Source: Epiperipatus broadwayi
Lineage: Eukaryota > Animalia > Onychophora
Direction: 5' to 3'
DNA: 64,000 bases
NCBI GenBank assembly: GCA_028023455.1
Contig: JAQFVV010000001.1
Coordinates: 1,178,001-1,242,000 of the forward strand
Made by a program: the position numbers and the translations under genes. The notes beneath the pieces are model-generated. The model ran no database searches. It had not been told where the DNA came from and worked only from the letters and a program-made list of their open reading frames with translations. Shown one piece after another: positions 1 to 12,106 of this stretch. Numbering within the stretch: the first letter of the stretch is position 1; each line of letters opens with the position of its first letter.

Positions 1-497
1 TTGCTATCTAGATGGTGCTGTAGTTCTGTATGGTGGCCGAATTCTGCACTATGTTAACGAATCGCACGTTTCTGACCGTTACAATATAAATATTAGTATT
101 GAATTGGACATATATTTATTTAAAAACAAATAAAAATATGAATTAAATAAGCACCAAATTAAAGTTTTAGATTAAAAAGAATAAGAATTAAAATAAGAAT
201 TTTAAAAACATCAAAATTAGTACTTATTTTTTATTTGTCAAGCTCAATTTTTTAAAAAAAAGCAAATTGATATTTTACTTTTATTTTTTTTAATCATTGA
301 TAATTTTTATCTTTAAATTTAAAAGCACATTTAGAAAGTATATCCTTTATTTAACAACAACTATTTGTACTTACCACTAAATATGCAATTTTTTAATGGT
401 AAGTTTTTTAATATTATATATAACTGTGACTTTTACAATCAAATAATCGCTTGTATAGTAATATTATTATTTTTTTCTGATAATTTTAATATTTTAG

Positions 498-541
498 ATG
501 GTTTTGCCTTTTCTCAAGAAGAACATGGTGCTGTTTCTCAG
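498..541 (+). CDS. ATP8A: Penultimate coding exon of an ATP8A1/ATP8A2-like P4-ATPase (phospholipid flippase): (H)GFAFSQEEHGAVSQ
   Basis: ttttag acceptor and CAG|gtaaga donor; peptide matches the conserved GYAFSQ(D/E)E motif of the ATP8A C-terminal regulatory tail; begins in phase 1 and ends in phase 0. Confidence 0.93.
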
Positions 542-1478
542 GTAAGATTTAAAAATAAATGCAATTAAAACATATAAAATTTGTTTTACAAATAATTTAA
601 ATAGTTTACTTATTGTTAATATTGCATTATATTTAATATTAGATAGGGTCAATGTTTCAATTATTTAAAGAGTCTTTTTCAAAGATCTAAATAGAAATAT
701 CTCACATTCTAACTTATCAAAATATTAACTAATTTTATATTCTATTTAAATCCAATTCTATTGTATCTGCATATATTTGTATACATTATATATTTTATTA
801 TGCTCTTTTTATACAATACTCTTTAACTGTTACATTTAAATACTTATGTACATAAAATATTATTACATTACACATATAACAATTAAGTATACAAAAAATA
901 TTAGTTATCACAATTAGATTAAATATAGTGAACTCGGTGTTTTTATTAACTCAAGAAATTTGAGTCTTTTGTTAAGAATTTGGAATTTCATAGAGAAAAA
1001 AGTTTCAGTTTGACAATCATTCAAAATTATATTAGGAGGATTTCTCATGTCATTTTTCTGAGTTTTTTCAAATTTTATAATACTTAAAGATGGGATATGT
1101 GAAAGTATCTCCATTGACAATTTTAATAATACAGAAATAATTTTTGTTATTAAATAACTCAAATTACACTCAAACTTAAATTCTGACAATATGCTCTTTT
1201 TTAATATATAAAGGCTGTGCAGATTATATTGATATTCCACTTTGTTATTTTCTTAACAATCTCCTTAAGTCGAAAAATTACAAATTATTGTTACTATCAA
1301 AATATAACTAGTTTTCTATTCTATATAAATGCAATATATATGTTTAAATATATATATATATTTTTGGGTCATACTGTGTACATTAATAATATTTTGCATA
1401 GATTACATCATAACCATGAAAATCTTTAATATAGTATTATATATGTTATTATATACATAAATGTACAATACTGTATTT

Positions 1479-1682
1479 AATATTTATTAAGGCTATAACC
1501 TTAAGACTATGTACCTGAAAAAATGACAGCAGGGACCTCTGCAAATCTTTAACACAAGATTTATTTAAAAGACAAGAGCGGCCACTTTACTGATCTTAAT
1601 CTACTTTTTAAATAAATAGGAGAATCTAAAGCATTTTGATTTGAGAGCGCATAGTCTTATGGTTATAGCCTTAATAAATATT
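1479..1682. mobile_element. MITE-like element, about 200 bp
   Basis: 33-bp inverted repeats 1479-1511 and 1650-1682 with 1 mismatch; contains TTAA-GG...CC-TTAA; no coding capacity. Confidence 0.7.
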
Positions 1683-3054
1683 ACTTTAAGTAATGAGTAT
1701 GCGCTTTATAAATGTAATTATTAATACTGTATTTAATTTTAAATTATTCTTTTTCATTTTTTAAAAATTGGACAATTTTTAAATAATAATCCGAATGCTA
1801 TATTAATAATTATAAGTCTATTTGAGTTAGTCACATTATTTCACAACTTTAGAAATATATATTTATAAAAAAATTATCATTGATATTAGTAATTCTTTGG
1901 CCTTGATGCAGCATAGATTTTTTGCCTCTCAGATCTATTAAAATAAATCTTAACTTTTCATCATTATAACACATCTTTTTGAAAATCAAGGTAGGCTAAT
2001 TGTAATTGTAGTTTGTCCGAGGCATTTGATAAAGAGGAACATATCAGTCTTCTTGTTAAATGTGCTCAATATTTATTTTTTTGAAAATTTGAATAAATAG
2101 ATCTGTATATGTGAAATTTAATGACAAATCTTCAATATTCATCTAGTGTGGGAATGTTTCAGGATTGTTTTCTTATCCCATTATTATTCCGTGATTACAT
2201 TAATGATCCTATTTATGATCTCTTGTTCACATCTTCTTTGCTATGTACATAATTGCAAAAATTTTAAACATATTAATTGTACAGTTGATTGCAATCTTTT
2301 TCAAATGTATACAAGAAAAATAAAATGATTATTAATATGGAAAAATGTTCCAGTGTTTCTTATTTTAAAAAAAAATTAGAATTTTTAAAAAAAATTGATT
2401 ATATTTTAGACTTTAAAATAAATTTTTCAATTTACCAAAGAGATCTTGGCATTTTATTTGCTAGCAATGAACCCTTTTACCTTCACACTGCTTATGTGTT
2501 CAATTAAGCATTTTAAATTATAAGTGCTATTTGAAGATATAGCAAACAATTTAATGATTTTATTATATTCAGATTAATTATTTCTTTGGACCTTATGATC
2601 TTAGAATATTCTTATAATGTGGTATCCCAGTATCAAAACAAATATAGTAAAAATTCAGTGAGTTTTTAATAGATTTTTAGAATATATTAATTATATATTT
2701 ATTTAATAGGAAAAAGGTCAGTGATCTAAATTTTATATAAACTATACACAGATAAAATTTTATATAAATACAATTTGTATATTTTATTTTTAATTTATAG
2801 CAAAAAAAAATTTATTATATACACACACATACACAACATGACATTTTGACTGTCCAGCAGTCTTCCTCAGATCTATGTTATAATGATAAATAAAATGAAA
2901 TAAATATATAATTAAAATAATAAAAAATGTAGCAAATAAAATTTAAAAAATAATGAAAAATAAGTAACACAAAATCTAGTAAAATAAAACTAAAACAAAT
3001 TAAAGATGATAAATTAAAATCATTTCAAATTTACATTTTGTAGATGTATTATTG

Positions 3055-3600
3055 ATTGCAGGTATTTTTTAGTTTGTCTGCTATTCCTATTATGTATGAA
3101 TATATTACAGTATCATAAATTGTTTTTTCTTTTGAAATTTTTTTTGTTTTTTAAGGTTTTTCTTATGATGTAACTATTCTTTGTAAGAGTTTGTTCTATG
3201 TAGATTTCTTCTTTTCAAAGTCACTGGTTTCTGAACAAATTTCTTTTGCTCTATTTCATAATGGTAGTATAATACTGTGTTTTATGTATCTTTGTGATTG
3301 AATATATATGCTAAGTATTTTTTTGTACGTGTGTGGGTTTATTGTAAACTGTAGGTTTTAATTTTTCTATGAAGAAATCTTGTCACAAAAACATCGTAGA
3401 ATTTAGTTTTTGTTCTTGTTCTGATTCTTTTGTGAATTTAATTGAGGGGAATATGTTGTTAATGTGTGTCAGTGGTAAGCCATAGTCATCTCTTGATTTT
3501 GTTGGAAGAATTCTCTGTTGCATTGAAAGTATGTTGTTATTATGCTGGTTAATAATTCTATTATATTAATAATAAGAAGAGTTCTAGTTTATAAGCTATT
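3055..3600 (-). mobile_element. Degenerate Penelope-like element fragment (RT C-terminal/thumb region)
   Basis: Reverse strand reads HINNIFPSIKFTKE...FYDVFVTR...TVYNKPTH, typical of PLE RT; alignable in inverted orientation to 3740-4040. Confidence 0.75.
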
Positions 3601-3719
3601 ATTGTTATTTAATCTTTTCCTTACAATAGACAGTGCTTCACCACAGAATATATTTGTAAATAAACTTTTTACATTAAAGCTCATATCACATATCCCCACT
3701 TTTTAAATTCATAAATGAA

Positions 3720-4470
3720 TCAAAAAAAAAATTTGTCATTTATAGATATTCTTGTGACAAGTCTCCTTTCGTGGAGAAATCAAGACTTCAGTTGCAGAAA
3801 ATCCCCACCCATAGGAAAATACTTAGCATATACATCCAATTCACATCAGAAGCACAAAACATGTAATTATACTATCACTATGAAAGAGAACAAAAGAAGT
3901 TTGTTCAGAAACCAGTGGTTTGAAAAAAGAAAAGATCTATATAAAATAAACTCTCATGAAGAAAATAACAATTATTGGTACTGCAGTGTATCCATACATA
4001 CAAAAATAGCAGATAAACTAAAAAAAAATCTACACTCAATTTAATATCAGAACAGATTTCCAAAGCTATGTTATACTACAAGGAATTTTAATATTTGCAA
4101 AACCTAAACTTAAAATGCTGAAAAACAAAAACTACATTTATAAGATACTATTGTGAACAGGAAGGATGTATATTAATGAAACTATTAGCCCCATTGAAAA
4201 GTGATTGAAAGAGCACAAACTGGTTATTAGAAAGGGGAAAACAGACATTTCTGAAACAGAAGGTTATGTATGTACCGATGAACATATGTGTGATTGGAAA
4301 AATACAAAAATATTGGATAGATGAAAAAGTATCTAGTATAAAATTCATGAAAGCTGCTTACATGACAATGGCAAATAACCCTACAAGTCAGCGTAATGTG
4401 ATAACAGGTAATGTGTGGAAGCCACTAATTAAACTTGCTCTTAAAAAAAAGTGGAAAAATTAATAGGACT
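3720..4470 (+). mobile_element. Degenerate Penelope-like element fragment (RT thumb plus GIY-YIG endonuclease)
   Basis: FIDILVT...KYLAYTSNSH and IADKLKK, followed by YIYKI..C...ET..PLEK.LKEH-like and KAAY...WKPLI segments; contains stops and frameshifts. Confidence 0.8.
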
Positions 4471-4510
4471 TTCATAGATAAGTGTGAAATTTCTACTGAC
4501 TGTTGCCTTT

Positions 4511-4800
4511 GCAGAAAAGCTCAGTTGGTTAGAGCACCATCTTAAATTTAACATTCACGAATCTAAAAGTCAGGTTTGATTCCCATACACCTGAATAAGA
4601 GAGAAGAATATATCACTATGAAACATTATGTTATGTACTACTAACCCATGTGTTATTACTAGAAGATTAATGTATTTGGAAAGTTTAAATAAAATTTGAA
4701 TTTTTCTAAAGACACTTAATATTTAATATTGGATGATAGAAATCCTCCAACTTAAACTTATTATTAAAATGTCATAATTACAAATCTTCAGATAAATGTG
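4511..4800 (+). mobile_element. tRNA-derived SINE-like element
   Basis: A-box-like agctcagttggttagagc (4518-4535) and B-box-like ggtttgattccc (4573-4584), followed by a body also seen at about 5340-5510 and 39060-39200. Confidence 0.65.
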
Positions 4801-5182
4801 GGTATTTATATATGTATAATACAATAATTAAATAATTTTAAGAAAATTTTTTGAAGATTTGAATTATAATGAAATGTTATATCTTATAAATGTGTGTTTG
4901 TTTAAAATTTTACAATTAAAGATTATGTTGTTATATGTGAAAAGAATATATATAAATATGTCAATATAATTGGATTTATGGAAAATTAGTTAAAATTTTA
5001 ATAATAATTCAAAATAATATATTATTTGTTTGAAAGTTTGTGATGATGATATTTTACTTGGGATTATATTTTAGACTATTGTCATCATTTAGAATTATTT
5101 GTTAAATGTTTTAGAAAAATTCAAACTTTTTTTAAACTTTACAAATACATTCAGTGTTACTACAATAGACACATTGACAGTT

Positions 5183-5270
5183 CTAGCATGAGAATCAAAC
5201 TTGGGATTTTTAGATTTGTGAATACTGAATTTAAGACAAGGCTCCAACCAACTAAACTATTTTGTGTAGC
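5183..5270 (-). mobile_element. Second copy of the SINE tRNA-like head, inverted
   Basis: Reverse complement agtttagttggttggagc...cttaaattcagtattcacaaatctaaaa...agtttgattctc aligns to 4518-4585. Confidence 0.65.
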
Positions 5271-5689
5271 ATCTTAAATTCAGTATTAATAAATCTAATT
5301 CCATGCTAAGTAACATCACTGGTTGGGCTAGCAACACTTGAAGAAAAGAGGAGAATAATACCATTTGAAACATTGTTATATATTACTAACAGTTGAGTGT
5401 ATTTGAAAAGCTTAAATAAATTTTGAATTTTTCTAAAGATATATAACAATTAATTCTAAGTGATGGAAAGACTTTAACTTATAATTACAAATTTACTTAT
5501 ATTCATTACGAAATAATATTTAACAGATCTGCCTTAATCTATTTCCTTTTTATATGTCTTTACGCTAATTTTTTAGTGCTACTTATTACTCATAATAAGT
5601 TCTTTAATAAAGCCTCTATATTTTAAAGTTCAGCATTGCTTACTATTTTGATAATTTAGTAAGATTTGGACTGTCTATATGCATATACA

Positions 5690-8600
5690 TTGTTATTATT
5701 TTACCTCTGCCAAAATGTGAACTCTAGAAAATTAGCATACAACATAGTAAATGAAAAATAAATGAGACTAACATATGCTAATCAGTATATCTATTAAAAA
5801 TAAATTAACAGTTGTAAAAGCTGGAAATTTGAGTGATGATAACGTTTTTCAAAAAGGTCTAAAGCATGGACTAAATCAGAGCCATATGTATAGATTTAAA
5901 ATACATAGAAAAATGTAAATAGTCAGCTTAAATAAAAAGACATTTAAATTGATGTTAAGACTTCATTTGCTAGATTAGTATATGTAAATACAAATTAATG
6001 GAAATTCAAGTTAACCAGACTATATTATATATTTGCATTGTGTGAGGATACTTTATTTCTACATGTCAAACTGTTATCATTTTCCAAAGGTAACATGAAC
6101 TCCACTATTATTTTATTGTAATATATAACATTCAACCATGTGTTAGAATATATTTGTAAAAACTTTAATATTTGTGCTAATATTAAGAATACACACGTAC
6201 ATATAATTCGACTATATATAAATATTGTTATTTTTATTTGTCAGCTCAAGTAAATAAACTTAATGAGTTTTATAGTCTTGGCTTAGTTGTTATTTATTTT
6301 AAATTGATGTTTGCTTGGCTGGTATTAGTGAAAATACCCCTGAGTATACAATTGAATGGTGCAGTTGACAGGATATCTAGATAGATAGCAGAATGACTGG
6401 AATCCTGTTTGCGAATTAATGGCAATAAAGTGTCAAAAGCTACAGCAGAATGGCACAAGTCAATAATTAATATTTAACCTACATGTTAACAGTATAAAAA
6501 TAATAATGGTGTTGCAGAGTCAAAATATTCATGAATTCAATGTAAATAATGCAGAGATATGGGAAGACATGTTGAACACATAAAGTATTACATATTCATA
6601 AGTAAAGTTGAGGAAAGTCATAGTATCTATCTACTCTTTTATATTTTGCAAGCGTTCTACAAATATCTAAATAATCATGTAATTCTAAGAGTCTGGGGAT
6701 ATTCCATATAAAGATTTAATTGAAATTCTCAATGTGTACTTTCAACCAGTAATGTTTAACTGTGTGACCGCTTATGTTTTTAAATACATTGTAAACGATA
6801 TCACAATTATAATTTAGCATTGGAAACACTGGCTAAATACTGTAAATTTGCTGCTGAACTAGAATAAATGTTTTTTGGACCAATTATTATACGAAATATT
6901 AAATCATAACCTCTGAAAAAATAAGTGACCTAGATCTGACATAAAAAACAGCAATTGTAAAGTATATTGCGTGAGACTAATATTAGACAATGTGCCAGAA
7001 TTTCAAGCTTTAAAAAGTGTGCAGAATTCTCATCTAAATAAGACACAAACTGTTAGTACATCTGTAAACACTGTAAAGGATAACTTGATTTGTTATTGTT
7101 GTGGTGCAAAAGACCATTTTAAAATTTTTTGCAAATTTAAAACATAAAACTGCCATATATGTAATATTAAAGGAAATTTAGTTCATGTATGCCATCAAAA
7201 AGGCAATAGTTTAAAAGCTAAATGCCATCAAAAAGACAATAGTCTAAAAACTAAATTACACCTGGACTTTAAATTAGGGGAAGTGGGGCAAGAAGAAAAG
7301 ATGTCAGAAATGGCTATATTACACTGAATGTGTCTAGAGTCAAAAGGAAAATAAACATACAAGTTGACAGCAATGCAGGATTATCTATAATGTCTCTGAA
7401 AGAATAGAATATAATTAGTGGTAAAAATAAAAACAAATAGAAATTGGAAAGTACAGATATACTAACCACAGATGTAAATGGAAATAAAATAGACATCTGT
7501 GGAAAAGTGATATATTAGTAATATTTAATGCTAGAATTAAAGTGCCATCTTTATTTATAGTGGAGAAGAAGAAGCTGATTCAGATCTTTTTGAATTCACA
7601 TGGAGAAAATGAAAAAAAGACAATTTACAAGAGCATTGCAAATTGAGGGTTGGAATCTGGGCCAGGTAATGAGCAAATAATGTAGGGAAATAGAATTTTA
7701 AAATCCAGATAGTGAATAGCATTTGGACAGTCAGTCTACAGCAGTTTTTCTGAGAAAAACATTTAATTCATGGGGAGAGTCAAAAATTCTTTGACAAAGA
7801 GTATATATAGATCATGCTGGTCCTATGAATGTATATCTATTCTTAATTGTAATAGATTCACATTCTCATTGAGCTGAGTATGACCTCATGACAAACACTA
7901 GTACTAAAGAGTGTTTACCATGAAAAATGCTAGCCGAACTATTATTGTAACAAAAGTGTTGCACTCATTTGTCAAATCTATGGCCAGTAAACAAAATAAC
8001 TAGGAAAAATATTTCAGACGATGAGAATTTCAAAGTAAACTTTGGAAAGTTTAAAAAGGTTTAAACTATATTAGTTAGGAAGTAAATGTCTGATATTATA
8101 GTCAAAGTAGTGTATAGTGTTATTGAAATTATCAAGTTAGATAATGGACTATTTATGAGGAGACATTAATCAACTATGTTTGCATCTGTGTGATATGTCA
8201 AATGGAATAAGTGGTAAAGCCAATATGAACCAGAATCTAATGAAAGTGAAGTATGAAGATACCTCCTTAGTAGATCAAATTGTAGAAACACCCAGTGATA
8301 GTCTGGTTGATGAAGTAAATAATCAGGCAATAATACTGTGGAACTTGAGGGAATGTTTTAACGTTAAGACCATCAAATCAAGTGGATATGTGGATCGTGA
8401 TGAAGAAAGATCTGTGCCTTTTCCTTGATGTGCAAGAAATCGCAGAAAGCCTGAAAAATTTAAGGATTACTTTCTAAAATGTTGGATGTTATGGGCTGTC
8501 ACTGTGAATATATATGTTATTATTGTAAATAAAGTTTATTAAAAATTTGTAATTAAGTGAAGATTGTACATTGTTGTTATTTTATCTCTACTAAAATGTG

Positions 8601-9100
8601 CATTTTAGAAAATTAGTACACAACATAATAAATGAATAATAACTAAGACTAATATATGATAATTAGCATATATATTAAAAATGGACTGATAACAGTTGTA
8701 AAAACTAGTGAATTAAGTGATAATGAAGTTTCTTGAAAAGAACAAAAGCATAAGCTAAGTCAGAGCCATATATATATTTAAAATGCACAGAAAAGTGTAA
8801 ATGGTCAGCCTAAGTAAAAGACTAATTTAAATTAATGTTAAGAAATCATCTGCTATCTTATTTTGTATGTAAATACGAGTTAATGGAAACTCAGCTTGTG
8901 TGATGATAATTTATTCCCACATGTCAAGTTATTAATCACTTTCCAAAAATAAAGTGAACTTTATTATTATCTTATTATTATTTATTTTCCTTTTGTCAGC
9001 ACAAGTAAATAAAGTTGTTGCGTTTTAAATTCTTGTCTTAGTTGTTATTTATTTTAAATTGATACTTGCTTGGCTGGTTTTATTGACAATACCCCCGAAT
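5690..9100 (+). mobile_element. Degenerate Ty3/Gypsy LTR retrotransposon inside the ATP8A intron
   Basis: Diverged direct repeats at about 5690-6350 and 8570-9100; PBS-like tggtgcagttgacaggat (6357-6374); gag zinc knuckles CYCCGAKDH..C/CHICNIKGN..HVC (about 7090-7195); protease-like VDSNAG; integrase-tail RNRRKPEKFKDYF (about 8435-8475). Confidence 0.8.
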
Positions 9101-9329
9101 ATTGAGCAAGGCTGTTTATCATGTAATTGCACACAAACAACTATCAAGATTACTTTTAGTTTCCATTATTATTAAATTGTTATATATATATGATTACTAT
9201 AATATTAATTGCCAATTTTTGTTTATTACTGTTTTTTTATTATACAATATTTAAAGTCTATTGCTTTGAGTGTAACTCTCAACATTTAATTTTATTTAAT
9301 GCTCAGGGTCAGAATTAATTTTTACTTTC

Positions 9330-10250
9330 TCATATTTATTTTTATATTGGAAGAATCAGTTGATATCATCATTTTTAATCTTTACTAGTCCTCTGCAAGA
9401 TGAAGATCTCATCTCTCTTCTCCTTATCACTTCAGCGTTTTCCTTATTTAGTCTACAGTTTCACATATTGTCTTTTTTAAATATGTTACAATGTCTTGGG
9501 GTAGTTTAAAACTTGATTGTCCATCTATTATCTAGTGATATGTTAAGCTGAGCTCCATTTTAATTTCTTAATTCTTTCAGTGATGTCATTGATCCCTGCT
9601 TGATTCTCGCTTTGCAATTTGTTTTAATTCCTTATTATTATTCCCAACATTCACTTCTTCATACTTTGCTGATTTGAAATCTTTGCATTATTCATCTATT
9701 AAGTATACAATTCAGATCTATATATAAGAACTAGTACAACATATTTATTAAAAACTTTTCTTTTCAAATACTAAGGCATATTTTCTTTTAATATTAATTT
9801 ATTTCTATCAAAAGCTCTTTATCCAAGTTTAATTCTATGATTAATTTCATCTATTGTTTCTGTATTGATAATCTGATCAAAATATTTGTAGTTGTTACCT
9901 TTTTCAAATTCATGATTATCACTGTTTCATTTGTTTTTTTCCTATGGAAACCATTGAACATTATTTAAATCTTTTTAGATTTATTTATACTGATTTTCTT
10001 GTGTTTTTAAAGATTACTGAAGTTCTAAGTCATTATTTGCAAAATAATTATATCATCACTTCCAAAACTAAATGACTTAAATAATTCTCAAATATTTTTA
10101 TTCTCTTAGCTCCCTATTTCAATCTACAAAATCATCCTTTCATATGTAATTGATCCATATTCTGTCCTTATAAAGTCAAAATGACTGAATTCCATATGAA
10201 GACTTAAGACTCATATTTTTTAACATTTCTTTACATTTTGATAGTTGCTT
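9330..10250 (-). mobile_element. Degenerate RTE-type LINE, RT 3' part
   Basis: Reverse strand NNYKYFDQIINTE..DEINHRIKLG parallels NSYKYLGQIINTDGNIMDEINHRIKLG at about 32980; FGSDD at the YADD position. Confidence 0.7.
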
Positions 10251-10449
10251 GAATTTTCTATTTTTATTTTTTTTTGATGTTGTTGTTATTGTTGATAATA
10301 ATTCTGTCTTTTTTAATGCAGTGAAAGGGTGGCAAACTATTGAAGTTCCAGATCCATGTATTGTGTCACAGCGCTATTTTAGTGCTCAATATTCTTTTGA
10401 ACTCCTGAGTAATAAACCATTTGATTATTTTTTTTATTACTGTTAATAG

Positions 10450-10740
10450 TTCTAGTATTTTTACCTGCTAAATTTGGAATAAAATTGTACTATAAAATTA
10501 TGCTGAGGTTCTCAGACTTCCCAAATTATTCCATAACTCTCATATTCTTTCTAAGAACTTCGATATTTTTTTGTCAAACCAGGAATCTATTTTATCTCTA
10601 AAATTTATTAAACTTTGATGATTTGAGACTTTCCATCATTCTGTTAAAGCAATATCAGAAACACCAGCTATTTGCCTTTAAATTCCTAATGAAAGGAAAG
10701 CTTTCTTTGTCCGGCTATGGTATATATAGCTATCCATATA
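10450..10740 (-). mobile_element. Possible LINE apurinic endonuclease N-terminal remnant
   Basis: Reverse strand SDIALTE.W and IPG motifs resemble DIIAITETW...IPGY; very decayed. Confidence 0.35.
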
Positions 10741-10769
10741 TACTTATGATTTTTTCTTTATTATATATG

Positions 10770-10895
10770 TAATGCTTTTGCTTATGTATGTTCATATGCT
10801 TGACAAAGTGGGACATTTTTTTCCTCTTTTTCTGCCTAGAGGAGAAAAAATTCCCACTTCATCAAGCATACGCACATATATATGTAAAAGTATTA
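10770..10895. repeat. Imperfect inverted repeat, arms about 55 bp, short spacer
   Basis: taatgcttttg...gcttgacaaagtgggacattttttt-cctct pairs with agagg-agaaaaaattcccacttcatcaagc...aaaagtatta. Confidence 0.7.
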
Positions 10896-12052
10896 AATAT
10901 GTATATAATTTATAGACATTTCACTAAAAAATGAATTATAAGTCAGTGAAATATTTTAGTTTATGTGTAGTTTTTCCATTGGAGTTTGAAACCTTAAAAA
11001 ATGACTTGTTATTTTTTTTTTTGGTATAAGTTCCTGAATTTGTCTTCTACAATGAACCAATGAATTTTATACATTTTTACATTGAACATAGTAGAGAATC
11101 TTCATCATTTATCATCATGGGGATCTTGAATCTTTCTTACATCTCCTGATCTATTTACATTTTATTGGATATTTTGAGTTTAAACACAAATTTTTTAAAT
11201 CTATTTAGTAGTTTATGCAATATATCTAATAAAAATGATATTTTTTGTTTCATGTTTATTTTTTATTATTTAAACTTAGCCGTAGGTCATCTTTTTTACC
11301 AACATAGCATATTGTTGTTTTTTTTCTAACCAGAGTTAATTTCTTTTAATGAGATCATTTATTCTCAGTATAAATTATGTATTTTTAACATTTGATTAGC
11401 TTTCATTCAACTTTAAGACTTTCTTTGGATGTACTTAGCTCATTTTCTAATCAATTTTATTATTTTATCTATATTTTTTTTATTAAATTTAATCTTGAGG
11501 AAGATATGTGTTGCTATATCAAAATTTCAGTTTTTTCTCCTTATTATTTTCATAGGACTTTCTAATTATATACTTATATAAAAAAGACTAATTCACTACA
11601 AAAATTGATAATTGATTAGGCACTTACTTCATTTATACATTAAAGAAATACAGCTGACTCATATCTTTTTTAGAAGATTAAGTGCAAATGGTATTATTAA
11701 AGCAAATAGTTTTTAGACATTTTTACACAATGTTTTGATTATTAATTATATGCAAACATATACATAAAACACATAAAATAACACTTTTTTGGCTGAAATT
11801 TAAAAAAAGGGAAAGAATTGAAAAATCACAGCTAACATTTAAACAATGCCTGATAATGTATATTTTAATGCGAAATATATTTTCTTATAGTAATGTATTT
11901 AATTTTTATTACTTAGAATTTGTGCATTTAATATAAAAGCCAAATTTCTTTGGCATTGTATCATTTAAAGATGCACATACTGATAGATGTTTAACAGTTC
12001 TAAATTACATTAATATTAGTGTTTCCTATTAATTTTTTTTTTTTTTTTCAAG

Positions 12053-12106
12053 TCTGATGTGATACGTGCATATGATACAACAAAGAGCAAACCAGAAGGA
12101 TTATGA
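12053..12106 (+). CDS. ATP8A: Terminal coding exon of the ATP8A-like gene: SDVIRAYDTTKSKPEGL*
   Basis: Long poly-T tract plus caag acceptor; phase-0 join gives ...GAVSQ-SDVIRAYDTTK, matching the ATP8A terminal motif (S/E)EVIRAYDTTK; TGA at 12104-12106. Implies intron 542-12052. Confidence 0.93.
   Translation, partial: SDVIRAYDTTKSKPEGL

Noticed and set aside
8-20. CTCF-like motif CTAGATGGTGCTG
   Set aside because: Short imperfect match at the window edge; cannot be distinguished from chance.
914-2507. Short ORFs from the six-frame track as genes
   Set aside because: Low-complexity AT-rich codons, no recognisable motifs, and located inside the ATP8A intron.
4511-4590. Functional tRNA gene
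   Set aside because: A and B boxes are present but no acceptor or anticodon stems can be formed; followed by a repeated body, so SINE-like.
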